A stretch of 64,000 bases of DNA from a virus. The stretch's first letter is position 1. Each line of letters starts with the position of its first letter. The notes beneath the pieces are model-generated. The model was not told the DNA's origin, did no database searches, and saw only the letters and a program-made list of their open reading frames with translations. The position numbers were made by a program, and so were the translations under genes. Below are positions 19,435-29,178 of this stretch, piece by piece. The stretch covers positions 96,001-160,000 of IMG/VR virus record IMGVR_UViG_3300020048_000014. The stretch is one strand, 5' to 3'.

Positions 19435-20150
19435 TTGGTCAATGAACTAATAATATAGCAATTCTGTATTGTGTTAGAATCAATTGTAATCTTTCCGATT
19501 CCATTCTTAGATATCTCAAATTTAGCAATATCGGATTCACCAAAATCAATCAGTCGAACATTATCCAAATTCATGATGAATTCATCCATTTCGAAATCAA
19601 CTGGATCGCCAATGATTGTCAGCGTGTCGGTATTCTTCATCGTTCTATCCGCTAATGACCATATCAAGCAATCATCTTCAGTATAGACATATAATTTATT
19701 AGTATCCTTAAAAATACTACTATTTGTCAGTAATGACTTGATGAAGGACTTCTTAATTTCAAATTCATAATCGAATTTTAGTGCTTTAATCTTAGCTAGG
19801 GTAATCTTGGGCTTAGTAAGAATACCATCTTCGTATAGATGGTAAGTAAACTTAGCAATCTTAGATTTATAGTCGAGATTATTATGATTTAGCGTGAATG
19901 AAATATCAGGTGATCCGACCATATCCAAAAGCTTAGATAACTTGGTTAAAGAAGGGAGATTTAATGTAGTCTCTACGTCAAAATCTCCCTTCATTACTGA
20001 CCAAAGAAACATACTCCTATCGTCAGAAGCGGCGATGGAGTATGTTTCGTCAGACTTGATCTCTAAAATTGAAGTATCACTAATCTTTGAAAGACTTTTG
20101 AGGAATTGATTGAATTCCTTTGATTTTAGTTTCAAGTTTGATTGTTTCAT
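19431..20150 (-). CDS. gp45: Sliding clamp (T4 gp45-like)
   Basis: 239 aa with clamp-like pattern (FLKSLSKISDTSIL, LNLPSLTKLSKLL, YIISSL), in replication context. Confidence 0.8.
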   Translation of the reverse strand: MKQSNLKLKSKEFNQFLKSLSKISDTSILEIKSDETYSIAASDDRSMFLWSVMKGDFDVETTLNLPSLTKLSKLLDMVGSPDISFTLNHNNLDYKSKIAKFTYHLYEDGILTKPKITLAKIKALKFDYEFEIKKSFIKSLLTNSSIFKDTNKLYVYTEDDCLIWSLADRTMKNTDTLTIIGDPVDFEMDEFIMNLDNVRLIDFGESDIAKFEISKNGIGKITIDSNTIQNCYIISSLTK

Positions 20151-20589
20151 CTTTGTTCTTGGATTCTAGCAAAGAGATTAGCTTTTGCAAGAGCTTATTA
20201 TTCTTTTCCAACAATTCGTTAGTCTTCTTCTGTTCCGTTAAGCTAAAATCAAATTCTAGCTGTGGATCGAATTGGTTTACCGGATATGCTGGACTCGCTT
20301 CTGGGTAATATTGAGTCGCGGGAAGAGGAATATGGGTCGGTTGAGGCGGGGCAATATATTGCGGCGGGGGTTGAAAAGAAGGAGGGGATTGTGTCCTCAC
20401 TGCCCCTTGGACAATGTTCTCCAATCCCCTCTTCAACTGTTCAGTTCCCGATACAATAGCCCCATTACTGTCTTGGGGTCTGGTTCCCGTCATTCTGTCG
20501 ATCTCTTTCGATTCGGCATATAACGGTCCTGCAATACCCATCAACAATCCAATATCATTTGGATCTAGTGCTTCGTATGGTTCACTCAT
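20080..20589 (-). CDS. Pro/Gln-rich hypothetical protein
   Basis: 169-aa ORF between SSB and clamp. Confidence 0.65.
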   Translation of the reverse strand: MSEPYEALDPNDIGLLMGIAGPLYAESKEIDRMTGTRPQDSNGAIVSGTEQLKRGLENIVQGAVRTQSPPSFQPPPQYIAPPQPTHIPLPATQYYPEASPAYPVNQFDPQLEFDFSLTEQKKTNELLEKNNKLLQKLISLLESKNKDETIKLETKIKGIQSIPQKSFKD

Positions 20590-20595
20590 AATTAA

Positions 20596-21528
20596 TTAAT
20601 CTTCAATATCTAGTCCAGCGAGCAGTTCATCTACATCATCCTCTACAGGTGCTACCTTGACCTTTTTCGGCTCTACTTTTTGGACAGGCTTTTCGAATTG
20701 CATCGGAATATCATCGTCATCATCTTCTACTTCTGGCGCAGATGTTTTGCGCTCTGATAATTGCTTCTTAACTTCCTTTTTTTCTTCTGATTGACAGAAG
20801 AAATGATCGTCAAGAAGCTTATTGAGTTCTTCCTTAGTCTTAACTTGATAGATCGACTTCAGATCATGAACTTGTTCATATACCTTTTCGACTTCATCTT
20901 CATCTAGATTGAGCTTAGACTTACTAGTGAAATACGAACTCTTGAAAGTTGTGTATTCGCCCTGTTCTTCTGCTTTAATCTTGAGATCAGCACCTTCATT
21001 GGATAGATCGAAGATTGCTGCACCAAACTCTTCAGCACGATCACCAGTCATTGCATCATCAACCAATGATTTAATCTGGAATCCCATACGAAGGATCTGA
21101 ACTGTTCCATTTAGTTCTGGATTAGATGGATTATCTACCCATAGTGCATTAACAAGCCATTGCTCCTTGTTAGAAACTGGATTATCGAACTTTGCCTTCT
21201 TCCCATCAGGACCAAGAACTGGATTCGAATTTTGTTTCTTCCAATCTTGGAACAATTTCCAATATAGATTAGTGATTGGATCTTCCTCTCCAAATGTTTG
21301 GAGGGAAATAGCGGAGACATACTTGCCGCTAGAGCGACTTTGCCAACTGTTAATGAAGTGATGGAAGAACGTGTCATCAATATTATCGACATTTGGAATT
21401 AGTCGAATAGTATAGGTGTGTCCTGCTGGGAACTTCATGATATTGGCGAATGAACCGCCACCGTCTGTCTTTTTCAAAGAATCCTTGATCCTGTCAAACA
21501 TGGATGCTGAAAATTTAGTTTTTGCCAT
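20596..21528 (-). CDS. gp32: Single-stranded DNA-binding protein (T4 gp32-like)
   Basis: YTIRLIP...FFHHF...EDPI...NPELNGTVQI...GADLKIK...YFTSKS and an acidic C-tail (DDVDELLAGLDIED). Confidence 0.9.
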   Translation of the reverse strand: MAKTKFSASMFDRIKDSLKKTDGGGSFANIMKFPAGHTYTIRLIPNVDNIDDTFFHHFINSWQSRSSGKYVSAISLQTFGEEDPITNLYWKLFQDWKKQNSNPVLGPDGKKAKFDNPVSNKEQWLVNALWVDNPSNPELNGTVQILRMGFQIKSLVDDAMTGDRAEEFGAAIFDLSNEGADLKIKAEEQGEYTTFKSSYFTSKSKLNLDEDEVEKVYEQVHDLKSIYQVKTKEELNKLLDDHFFCQSEEKKEVKKQLSERKTSAPEVEDDDDDIPMQFEKPVQKVEPKKVKVAPVEDDVDELLAGLDIED

Positions 21529-21595
21529 AATTTATTTTTATTCTGTTGTTTATTGTTAATTTACTTTTATTACTCGCTAGGAGATCTTTATTTAG

Positions 21596-22075
21596 TCAGA
21601 AGCGTGGTTTATAAGGACCAACACCTGTTGGACTTGGATTCTTTAATCGACTTTCTTCCAGTTCTTCTTCTGTGATATCATCAATTTTTTCACCTGAAAG
21701 TCTTCGAATATCAAAATCCACGCTTAAGGGAACCGTCCCAGTCTCTTTCAAGATCTGTGTGGATTGAAGAGAGACATGCACACACCCATTAATGTGGAGT
21801 CTTAGTGAAGTAATGTTGCCCTCGTATCCGCTTGCATTATCTTTAGCATACGATCCGAGAATGTCAACTGGGAGATACGGTGGAGTTACTATAACACCGC
21901 CCTCGACTGATGTATCTACAATCCAACGACCTTCGAGCGGTTCTCCATGTTTTGGACTAACTCCTCTGGGTTGAAAGTAATAATAGATGTTTTCGTTTTG
22001 CTCAACTTGCATGAGAGTAAGCATACCCTCCTGATTAGTTGATTTATCTTTAATAAGTGTTCCTAATTTTAGCAT
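21596..22075 (-). CDS. Hypothetical protein with two-fold internal domain repeat
   Basis: LGTLIKDKSTNQEGMLT is echoed by LGSYAKDNASGYEGNIT. Confidence 0.7.
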   Translation of the reverse strand: MLKLGTLIKDKSTNQEGMLTLMQVEQNENIYYYFQPRGVSPKHGEPLEGRWIVDTSVEGGVIVTPPYLPVDILGSYAKDNASGYEGNITSLRLHINGCVHVSLQSTQILKETGTVPLSVDFDIRRLSGEKIDDITEEELEESRLKNPSPTGVGPYKPRF

Positions 22076-22545
22076 AATATTGTTTCTAATTTTTCTTTAG
22101 CTTTCTTTCCAAAATTTTTCATTCTTTTTGAATTGTAAAACTTTTGCTTTGTCCTCTGATAATTTATGAAGAAGTTTGGTATCACGAATTCCAGTAACTC
22201 GGAGTCTATCACAGATTTGGATAATTGCAAGGCGTGAAGTGTGTGAAAATCAATCGAGTGTTTTTTGAGATGCGCCACCCAGCAGGGCAGGACTTCCTCA
22301 GAATATACCAGATACTCAGCGAATGTCAAATTCTTTTCTTTACAAAATTTAAAAACATACTTTAGTCCAGATTTTAAACGCTCGATTGATTCATCTTTAT
22401 CGGGATCGTCTAAAACTTGACTCTTAACATACTCGACATATAACTTGATAGCTTCCTTTTCTGGGATATCCCATGGGGGTATAGAAGCGAGGAAGTATTT
22501 CCGATTAATGTTGGGATACTTTTGAAATATATGTTTGAGTTGCAT
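22069..22545 (-). CDS. Hypothetical protein (helicase-loader gp59-like only by position)
   Basis: 158-aa ORF near gp32. No decisive motif. Confidence 0.55.
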   Translation of the reverse strand: MQLKHIFQKYPNINRKYFLASIPPWDIPEKEAIKLYVEYVKSQVLDDPDKDESIERLKSGLKYVFKFCKEKNLTFAEYLVYSEEVLPCWVAHLKKHSIDFHTLHALQLSKSVIDSELLEFVIPNFFINYQRTKQKFYNSKRMKNFGKKAKEKLETILC

Positions 22546-23077
22546 CTAATGTTTCAAAGAAATCTGGTGTAATTTTCAGCGGTTTCTCGAATCTCTCAAT
22601 TGTGGATATTATATCCTCGACAATTTTCACCTTGTCTTCTCTAGAGATATGATCCCTACCGTTTTTATAGCAAAACTGATCAACCCCAATGTAAATTTTC
22701 ACGAAAGGCTCTGCATAATCATAATCAAAATTGTTCGGTAATTCTACGATTCTAATAACATAAGAGTCATTATGATTACCATATTTTCCACCAATAGTAT
22801 AAGCCTTATTTTTCGATGTCCAATCCTTAACTGCGTCAATGGATTCGAATCTCTTCGTTGCAAATTCAAAAACACCAACAGTTTTATCTTTATAAATCAA
22901 ACCCACGGGACATTTATCATCCTTGACTCGAAACCCCAAATCTTTGAGTTCTTTAACCGTCAAATCTCTAACGGTTCCATTATCGGGAATTTCTCCGTCT
23001 TTAAACATCCATTCAGTTTTTCCGTTTAAAGGATCTACTATTTCGGTGACTACCATTTGTAATTGATTATTATTCAT
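22505..23077 (-). CDS. Hypothetical protein
   Basis: 190-aa ORF. Confidence 0.65.
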   Translation of the reverse strand: MNNNQLQMVVTEIVDPLNGKTEWMFKDGEIPDNGTVRDLTVKELKDLGFRVKDDKCPVGLIYKDKTVGVFEFATKRFESIDAVKDWTSKNKAYTIGGKYGNHNDSYVIRIVELPNNFDYDYAEPFVKIYIGVDQFCYKNGRDHISREDKVKIVEDIISTIERFEKPLKITPDFFETLDATQTYISKVSQH

Positions 23078-23117
23078 ATTTCGTATTATTTCTTTTTATT
23101 CTGACCATTGATTAGCA

Positions 23118-23366
23118 TCATGCAAACTTCATAGGTTGTTTTGCGATTGCTATAAATGCTGCGTGTATTGTTACCCACCCATCTGAATCTCTTTCTTGAT
23201 AAGTCACGGCCCCAATATGATTCTGTAAACCGGGACGATCTAGCATATTATCGATTTGGTCATAATAATTTTTTCCAAGTTGCCAAGAATCAAATGTGTC
23301 GAGGGACTCGATATACTCTCTGATGTCTTCGACCGAACCCGCAATCAAATCAAATTTTTGAATCAT
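23118..23366 (-). CDS. Hypothetical protein
   Basis: 82-aa ORF overlapping the end of the GIY-YIG gene. Confidence 0.6.
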   Translation of the reverse strand: MIQKFDLIAGSVEDIREYIESLDTFDSWQLGKNYYDQIDNMLDRPGLQNHIGAVTYQERDSDGWVTIHAAFIAIAKQPMKFA

Positions 23367-24219
23367 TTTTTCTTATTTTTTTTGCTATGTAATTCAATCT
23401 CGATTGTCTCATTTTTTCTCTAGTTTCAGAACTTATAACTCGATTTTTATTACATTGTATTAATTTGTCTATATGTTCAGGTGATAATTTCCTTCCTTTA
23501 CTAGCATTTCCAATTTTCTCTTTATGCTCGTCTGAAAGTTTTCTTCCTGTATTGGCCAATCTACACTTTTCTACATGTTCTTTAGATTTAGGCTTTCCTT
23601 TATTACCCATACTAATTTTTAGTTTAGCTTCTTCTGACATTTTCCTCCCCTTTTGAGCCAAACTCATTTTATTTCTAGTTTCTTCAGAAAATGGTTTTCT
23701 TGGTTTTCCCAGAGCCTTATTCAAGGCTTTTGTTTTATTAGTTTTTTCTATAGTTTCTCTAGAATGTGGTTTTCTTGGTTTCCCAGTTTTGGATTTTCTC
23801 ATTTTTTCCACATGTTCTTTAGATTTCGGTTTACCTTTACTTGCTAAACTCATTTTTAATTTTGTTTCATCTGAGAGAGGCACCCCGGTTCTGTCATTCG
23901 ACCATTTGCAAATATTGTAACCCCTTTTCATATCGGTAGACTCATATAAATTAATATAATATGATTCTCTGTCTAAAAGAGCGGAATTGTCTGTATTTTT
24001 ATCAAAATTCTCTAAAACTTCTAATATCTCAACATTGAAAGAATCCCATCCATGTTTTATTATGGAATGGTGTATAGGATGTTTTCCATTTAATTGTTTT
24101 TCACTATTTTTATGCTCATTTAGTCTTTTATACAAATTAATAGCTTTACCGATGTAAATTTTATTATTTATTTTAGAAATCAATTTATAAATTCCTGCTT
24201 TTTTTGGATGTTCTTCCAT
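23350..24219 (-). mobile_element. Free-standing GIY-YIG homing endonuclease with NUMOD3 repeats (Seg-like)
   Basis: GIYKLISKINNKIYIGKA...RLNEH...RESYYI...YNI, followed by multiple S[DE]E[TH]KxK[MI]SxxxKG NUMOD3 units. Confidence 0.92.
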
Positions 24220-24493
24220 TAATATATTTAGCAGACCTTGTGAATTTTGTGACGTATTTAGACTTACTAATGGAATTATCGAACGCTAAAAAGACTCGCA
24301 CCAATTCATAATCACTATCCAAGGATAGCATAGTCTTGGCAACATTTTTCAATTTTTTATCCTGTAAAGTTTGAACAAATACATTTTGGACAGAGAGTTT
24401 CTTTCCTTTCAAGTTCATTACGAATGTGCAGAAACAAAGGAAGAGATGTTCTGACTCGTTTTCTATGAGGTTGTGGCTGGGGTCAGTTGTCAT
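24185..24493 (-). CDS. Hypothetical protein
   Basis: 102-aa ORF with ATGA overlap to the upstream gene. Confidence 0.65.
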   Translation of the reverse strand: MTTDPSHNLIENESEHLFLCFCTFVMNLKGKKLSVQNVFVQTLQDKKLKNVAKTMLSLDSDYELVRVFLAFDNSISKSKYVTKFTRSAKYINGRTSKKSRNL

Positions 24494-25047
24494 ACTGTAT
24501 CATATTCTACGGTGTCCATCCAAAAAACTTTAGTATCTCTGGATTTTAAGTAATTGAATAAAGTATATGGATATCTTGCGTATAACCAATTATCAAAAAG
24601 GGCTATTGATGGATTCTTTCCTCTGATTGCATCTGAACTTATCACAAAAAATGGTTCCATCTGAGTCCAAACCTTTTTAGGATATTTTTCTCTGAAATTA
24701 ATCATATTTCTTTTATATATACCCACACAATATTTTCTATGATATTCTGAAAATGTAATATATGATACAGTTTCGTTCTTAAGTGATTTATATGCAGCTA
24801 AGGTAATTAAAAAAGTAGTTGTTCCAGTTTGCCTATTCATCGACATATGTTTATAATCTTTATTATACCAATCATAAAACATCTTTTGGTCTTTGCTTAT
24901 CGGAAAGCCATTAAATTTATGAAAAAATTCGTAAAAATCTTCTTCGTCCGATTTTATGATTTTAACTTCTTCCGCCTTCGCTTTGATGGTTGTCCCAATT
25001 AAAGCAATTGACGATAATAATCCTCCTATAAAATTTCTTCTCTTCAT
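24490..25047 (-). CDS. Twin-arginine-signal-bearing protein with degenerate terminase-like P-loop domain
   Basis: MKRRNFIGGLLSSIALIG...AKA, then NRQTGTTTFL and IRGKNPSIALFDN. Confidence 0.55.
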   Translation of the reverse strand: MKRRNFIGGLLSSIALIGTTIKAKAEEVKIIKSDEEDFYEFFHKFNGFPISKDQKMFYDWYNKDYKHMSMNRQTGTTTFLITLAAYKSLKNETVSYITFSEYHRKYCVGIYKRNMINFREKYPKKVWTQMEPFFVISSDAIRGKNPSIALFDNWLYARYPYTLFNYLKSRDTKVFWMDTVEYDTV

Positions 25048-25925
25048 AATAAACTCAAATTTGTAGTAAACCCGATGAACTTTTCGGTCATTTGTCCACC
25101 CGATGCCCATTCTCCACCTCCACCATCACATAAATTCTCTGCCATGTACGTGATATCAGCAGTGGAACCTACGGGTTTCCTAAAAGAGACGAACTTTGTG
25201 TCGGGATTGACCACGATAATAACATCAGCTTTGTGATTGTCAATCAACTCCTTGGCGATTTCATTCACAGACAGCTTTGAGAATGCTGCTAGAACCTTCC
25301 AACCCTTGAATTCCCCTGAATAAAGGTCCATTGTCGATACCTCATCATCAATTTCTTTGAAAAATCCTTCTGCGAGGTTAATTTCCTCGTCTGTAAGACC
25401 ATCATACCCATCAAAAAATCTATTTACAAATTTATAGAAGTTTCTATATCCCATTCTACGATAAATCGCATTCAGATACTTGGATTCTTCATGTTTTAGG
25501 AGATATTCGTTGTAATCATCCACATAAACCAGTAATTTCTTAACATTTACCGAAAATTCTTTAATCTTTTTGAACTTTTTGTAGATTAATTTTGAACAAG
25601 ATGTGTATTCTTCAGTGATTAACATAGAATCATAAGCTGTAAGCTTCTCTCCACGATCTGAAATGATCACAAGTCGAGGATCATCAATCTTATTGAGCAA
25701 TCTTTGATCAATAACCATACCAACTACAAAAACTTTATCATAGTTTTCTAAATTGGTCTTAGCCCATTTCCAATATAGTTCCTCAAACTTGCCAAAAAAA
25801 CAAGATTGATATTCAAATTCTTTAAATACCTGTCCTAGTAGGATAACAGAACAAGCCCCGTCTAAATCGGAGTTGGACCAAATAAAAATACGACTATGCA
25901 CGTCGATATTTATAATATTTTTCAT
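25044..25925 (-). CDS. DHH/DHHA1-family phosphoesterase-like protein
   Basis: SDLDGACS motif I and C-terminal DHHA1 (SFRK...GGGGEWASG). The DHH motif position reads SDRG. Confidence 0.7.
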   Translation of the reverse strand: MKNIINIDVHSRIFIWSNSDLDGACSVILLGQVFKEFEYQSCFFGKFEELYWKWAKTNLENYDKVFVVGMVIDQRLLNKIDDPRLVIISDRGEKLTAYDSMLITEEYTSCSKLIYKKFKKIKEFSVNVKKLLVYVDDYNEYLLKHEESKYLNAIYRRMGYRNFYKFVNRFFDGYDGLTDEEINLAEGFFKEIDDEVSTMDLYSGEFKGWKVLAAFSKLSVNEIAKELIDNHKADVIIVVNPDTKFVSFRKPVGSTADITYMAENLCDGGGGEWASGGQMTEKFIGFTTNLSLL

Positions 25926-25934
25926 AAATGTCAA

Positions 25935-27254
25935 TCAATTCTTCGTCAGTCTCTCCAATATGCTCAAATCATCATCCTCCATCAATTCCGCAGATTCTTC
26001 GCTTTGTAATACTGTGAGTGTTTCATATTCTATTCTCATTGGTTGAACCATTCCTCTGGCCCCATATCGATTTTTAATCATTCCTAGTTTGATAATACCC
26101 AATTCCATATCTTCATCCGATTGAAAAATTGACATGATACAGTCAGAAACGTGAGCAATTCCCATGCTTTCTCCGATACCTTCTAAACCGGGATTTTCTT
26201 TACCATATCCCGGTTTAGATAATTGACAAGCTGAAAAAAATGGACATTTAAAAATATAAGATAATGCTCTTATTTGTTCACATATGTATTTCACTCTCTC
26301 ATAAGAGTTTGCTCCCTTCTCAGTCGTCAAAAGACTCAGATAATCTATAACTACCGCATCAATTCTCTCCCCAGAATCGACAATCTTTTTAATAAAGGCT
26401 TCGATTTGTTTCGGGGTTATACTGGATGGGGGAAATTCTTTAATTAGTATTCTACCATCTGGGTTATTCTTTTTCTCATCTATCAACAATGACCTAAGAG
26501 AATGAGTATTGAATTTAAAATCCTTCATCGGAATCTTTGAAATATTAGATGCGATTCTCTTAGCGTAGACCATCTCAGACATCTCCAGCGATATCACAAG
26601 GACGCTCTTACCCTGTTTGGCGATGTTTGCTGCCACATTACCAAGAAAGATACTCTTCCCAATATTAGCCTGTCCTGCGAACATATATAGAGCCTTGCCA
26701 GACTCCAAATATCCACCCCCGAGAGCATCATCTAACCATTCCCACCCAGATGAGATATAGTTTTCAACATTTAGAATATCATCAATAATTGAATCAACAT
26801 CTTTATAAATCTCAATACCTCTATCAATATTCAAACTTATTTTACATATCTCATCAAACGCTTCTAGAACTTTCTGTGGATTCTTTACTTTATCCTCGGC
26901 ATTCTCCGCGATATCTATCATCTGACACCATGTAGCTCTTTCCTTTAAGAACTTCTCGGTGTTTTCATACAATTCATCTTTGTCAAACTCCTTATCTAAG
27001 GTCTTAAATGATTCTAGAAGTTTGCGGAAGTTGTTTTTAAGAATATCATTAGTGAGATATGTTTTAACTTCTGTAAATGTCGGGAGCTTTTTTCTCCTAT
27101 CGTAGAAATCATTTACAATTTTAAAGTATTCGGCTATATTTTGATTCTCAAAGTATTCGGGTTTTACATAATCAGCTATTGTGTTGAGATAAGTGGAATT
27201 AGTAATAGCGTGATAGCATATAATTTTCTCGTATTCGTCTAAATCAATTTGCAT
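25935..27254 (-). CDS. gp41: Replicative DNA helicase (T4 gp41/DnaB-like)
   Basis: AGQANIGKS, VISLEMSE, VVIDYL, SACQL, MIKNRYG. Confidence 0.95.
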   Translation of the reverse strand: MQIDLDEYEKIICYHAITNSTYLNTIADYVKPEYFENQNIAEYFKIVNDFYDRRKKLPTFTEVKTYLTNDILKNNFRKLLESFKTLDKEFDKDELYENTEKFLKERATWCQMIDIAENAEDKVKNPQKVLEAFDEICKISLNIDRGIEIYKDVDSIIDDILNVENYISSGWEWLDDALGGGYLESGKALYMFAGQANIGKSIFLGNVAANIAKQGKSVLVISLEMSEMVYAKRIASNISKIPMKDFKFNTHSLRSLLIDEKKNNPDGRILIKEFPPSSITPKQIEAFIKKIVDSGERIDAVVIDYLSLLTTEKGANSYERVKYICEQIRALSYIFKCPFFSACQLSKPGYGKENPGLEGIGESMGIAHVSDCIMSIFQSDEDMELGIIKLGMIKNRYGARGMVQPMRIEYETLTVLQSEESAELMEDDDLSILERLTKN

Positions 27255-27936
27255 ATTTGTTTAAAAAGTAGGTTTCACCGTCAAGCCACTCTTGGCTTAC
27301 TTCTTGAAGTCCGGGTGATTCATGAGTAATCAAAATATCACCAACTCCGACCCTTAATCCAGCCAAGTGACAAGAAAGTGACATTACCAGATCGTAAAAA
27401 TGGAACTTCGATGGACAATTCTCATCAAATCTCACTGTCTCCATAGCTTTCCTGTTTAATGCCATGAAAACACCGTCAATCATTACTGCTCGATGAGGAT
27501 GTGGTCCAAAAAAGGTTTCATTTTTTCTAATATTATAATTATCATCTTGATAAGTGTGTTGAACACATCCATGCAGATTTCCTCCTTGGAATCCTCCACC
27601 CATCAAATGCCACAATGCTGGCGATTTTAATTCTACTTTAGATGCTCCAGCTACCCCAACTAAATCATAATCATCGAATAATTTCTCTAATTTAGGGATT
27701 GGGTCTTCTTCTAGGATTACATCATCGTGGACTAGGATGAGACAATCTAAATCATTTTCCAATGCCCAAGTTATTCTTTCATTATAAACCTTAGACAGCC
27801 CATCTTCATTATTGATGATTGCTATCGCATTTTTCCATAATTTTGGAAAATTATTTACAAGACTTTTGCATAAGGTGGTTTCGGAAAATACGCTCCCTCT
27901 GGTTGCAGTGACTATTCCATACTTTTTAATCTCCAT
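27244..27936 (-). CDS. Glycosyltransferase (GT-A fold, GT2-like)
   Basis: GLSKVYN...LILVHDDV...IDGVFMAL...FHFYD. Confidence 0.8.
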   Translation of the reverse strand: MEIKKYGIVTATRGSVFSETTLCKSLVNNFPKLWKNAIAIINNEDGLSKVYNERITWALENDLDCLILVHDDVILEEDPIPKLEKLFDDYDLVGVAGASKVELKSPALWHLMGGGFQGGNLHGCVQHTYQDDNYNIRKNETFFGPHPHRAVMIDGVFMALNRKAMETVRFDENCPSKFHFYDLVMSLSCHLAGLRVGVGDILITHESPGLQEVSQEWLDGETYFLNKYAN

Positions 27937-27942
27937 GAACTG

Positions 27943-27971
27943 ACTCTAGCACAGTGGACTCCCCGAGTCAA
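27943..27971 (-). promoter_or_regulatory. Sigma70-type promoter
   Basis: TTGACT-17 bp-TAGAGT with an extended -10 (TGn), 6 nt before ATG 27936. Confidence 0.7.
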
Positions 27972-27975
27972 GGTT

Positions 27976-29145
27976 CTAAATACGCTCAATCACTTGCTGT
28001 GGAACGTAACCAGATTTGTAATTCAGATTCGGATAATATTTCACATAAACCTTGGGAACCAATCCATCTTCCTTCAATTTTCCAAATTCTCCATAATTTT
28101 TTGTATGTTTATGTATAACCAATTTATCTCTGTTAAAATCGGATTTTTTTACAATCTGACCATTATTAAATTGTATTAATTCTTGTCCGTCTAATAATTC
28201 CCCATACATTTTACCATCAAATTTATTTATTTGATGTAGTTGAGTTTCGTAAATATAACCATCTCCAGAGATAACTTTAAAAATCTGTGGATTATTCATA
28301 TTTTCCAATAATTTGATAATTTCCAGTTGTGTCATCTTATGTTCATTTAATTTTTTTATATTTCCTGTCCCATTTAAGTTTGATGTGTAATAAAAAATAG
28401 GAATATTTGTCGGCAAATTTAAAGAATTTATATATGCTTTTAGCCCGCCGATATCAATTCGATTTCTATTTTTGATAATATCATCATAATTCAAATTTTT
28501 CAAATATTGAAATTCATTAGTCAATCTAGACAATTTATCTTCCATCTTATCATAAAGATTTACTAATTTTGGAATATCTGTATCCTTGAATATGTAACCG
28601 TGGGATGACATAATCCTATACAAATCTCCAATAGATTCATATTTTATATTTGTAATATCTAATACGTTTATATATTCCCCATTTCTAGTTTTGGGATATA
28701 AAAATTTATGCATTTTACTATTATATTTTATATCCTCAATATATATAAGAGAATCTATCTTAGATTTTATAGAGTGCATCTTACTATTCAATCTATTTGA
28801 TAAGCTTTTGATATTTTTATCTAAAAAATCCTTTCGTGTTTTTGCCTGTGCTATTTGATCATCATCTAAGTCATCATCATCTTCTCTAAACTCATCTGCC
28901 CCGATCAAAATTGCTTTTGGAGTGTAATTACGATGTTTTAAAACTAATCCATCATTCGAATTATATCCCTTGGATTTAAATTTTATATCAGATTTATCAT
29001 ACATCAAGGTTATACCATCCCCAGTAAAGGACTGATTCGGTAAGCTAGAATCTATAGTAATATTTGAATTTGGTCGAAGACCATTTCTTAATATCGATAC
29101 TAAATCTTCTTCATTTCTTAGAGTGTGTAAAATGCCAGAAATCAT
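27976..29145 (-). CDS. Hypothetical protein, N-terminal ART-like motif
   Basis: LHTLRNEEDLVSILRNGLRP resembles the H-x-T...IL..GL.P start of ADP-ribosyltransferase folds. ATG 29145 lies 7 nt after TAAATA. Confidence 0.45.
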   Translation of the reverse strand: MISGILHTLRNEEDLVSILRNGLRPNSNITIDSSLPNQSFTGDGITLMYDKSDIKFKSKGYNSNDGLVLKHRNYTPKAILIGADEFREDDDDLDDDQIAQAKTRKDFLDKNIKSLSNRLNSKMHSIKSKIDSLIYIEDIKYNSKMHKFLYPKTRNGEYINVLDITNIKYESIGDLYRIMSSHGYIFKDTDIPKLVNLYDKMEDKLSRLTNEFQYLKNLNYDDIIKNRNRIDIGGLKAYINSLNLPTNIPIFYYTSNLNGTGNIKKLNEHKMTQLEIIKLLENMNNPQIFKVISGDGYIYETQLHQINKFDGKMYGELLDGQELIQFNNGQIVKKSDFNRDKLVIHKHTKNYGEFGKLKEDGLVPKVYVKYYPNLNYKSGYVPQQVIERI

Positions 29146-29152
29146 ATCAATA

Positions 29153-29173
29153 TATTTAACACTCAACTAAATA
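29153..29173. promoter_or_regulatory. Back-to-back divergent TAAATA boxes
   Basis: tattta at 29153-29158 and TAAATA at 29168-29173 serve ATG 29145 and ATG 29179. Confidence 0.7.
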
Positions 29174-29178
29174 TACTC

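Noticed and set aside
22069-23077. Programmed frameshift joining the 190-aa and 158-aa ORFs, or a firm gp59 call
   Set aside because: The 41-bp overlap has its own ATG and no clear slippery site. The gp59 similarity is positional only.
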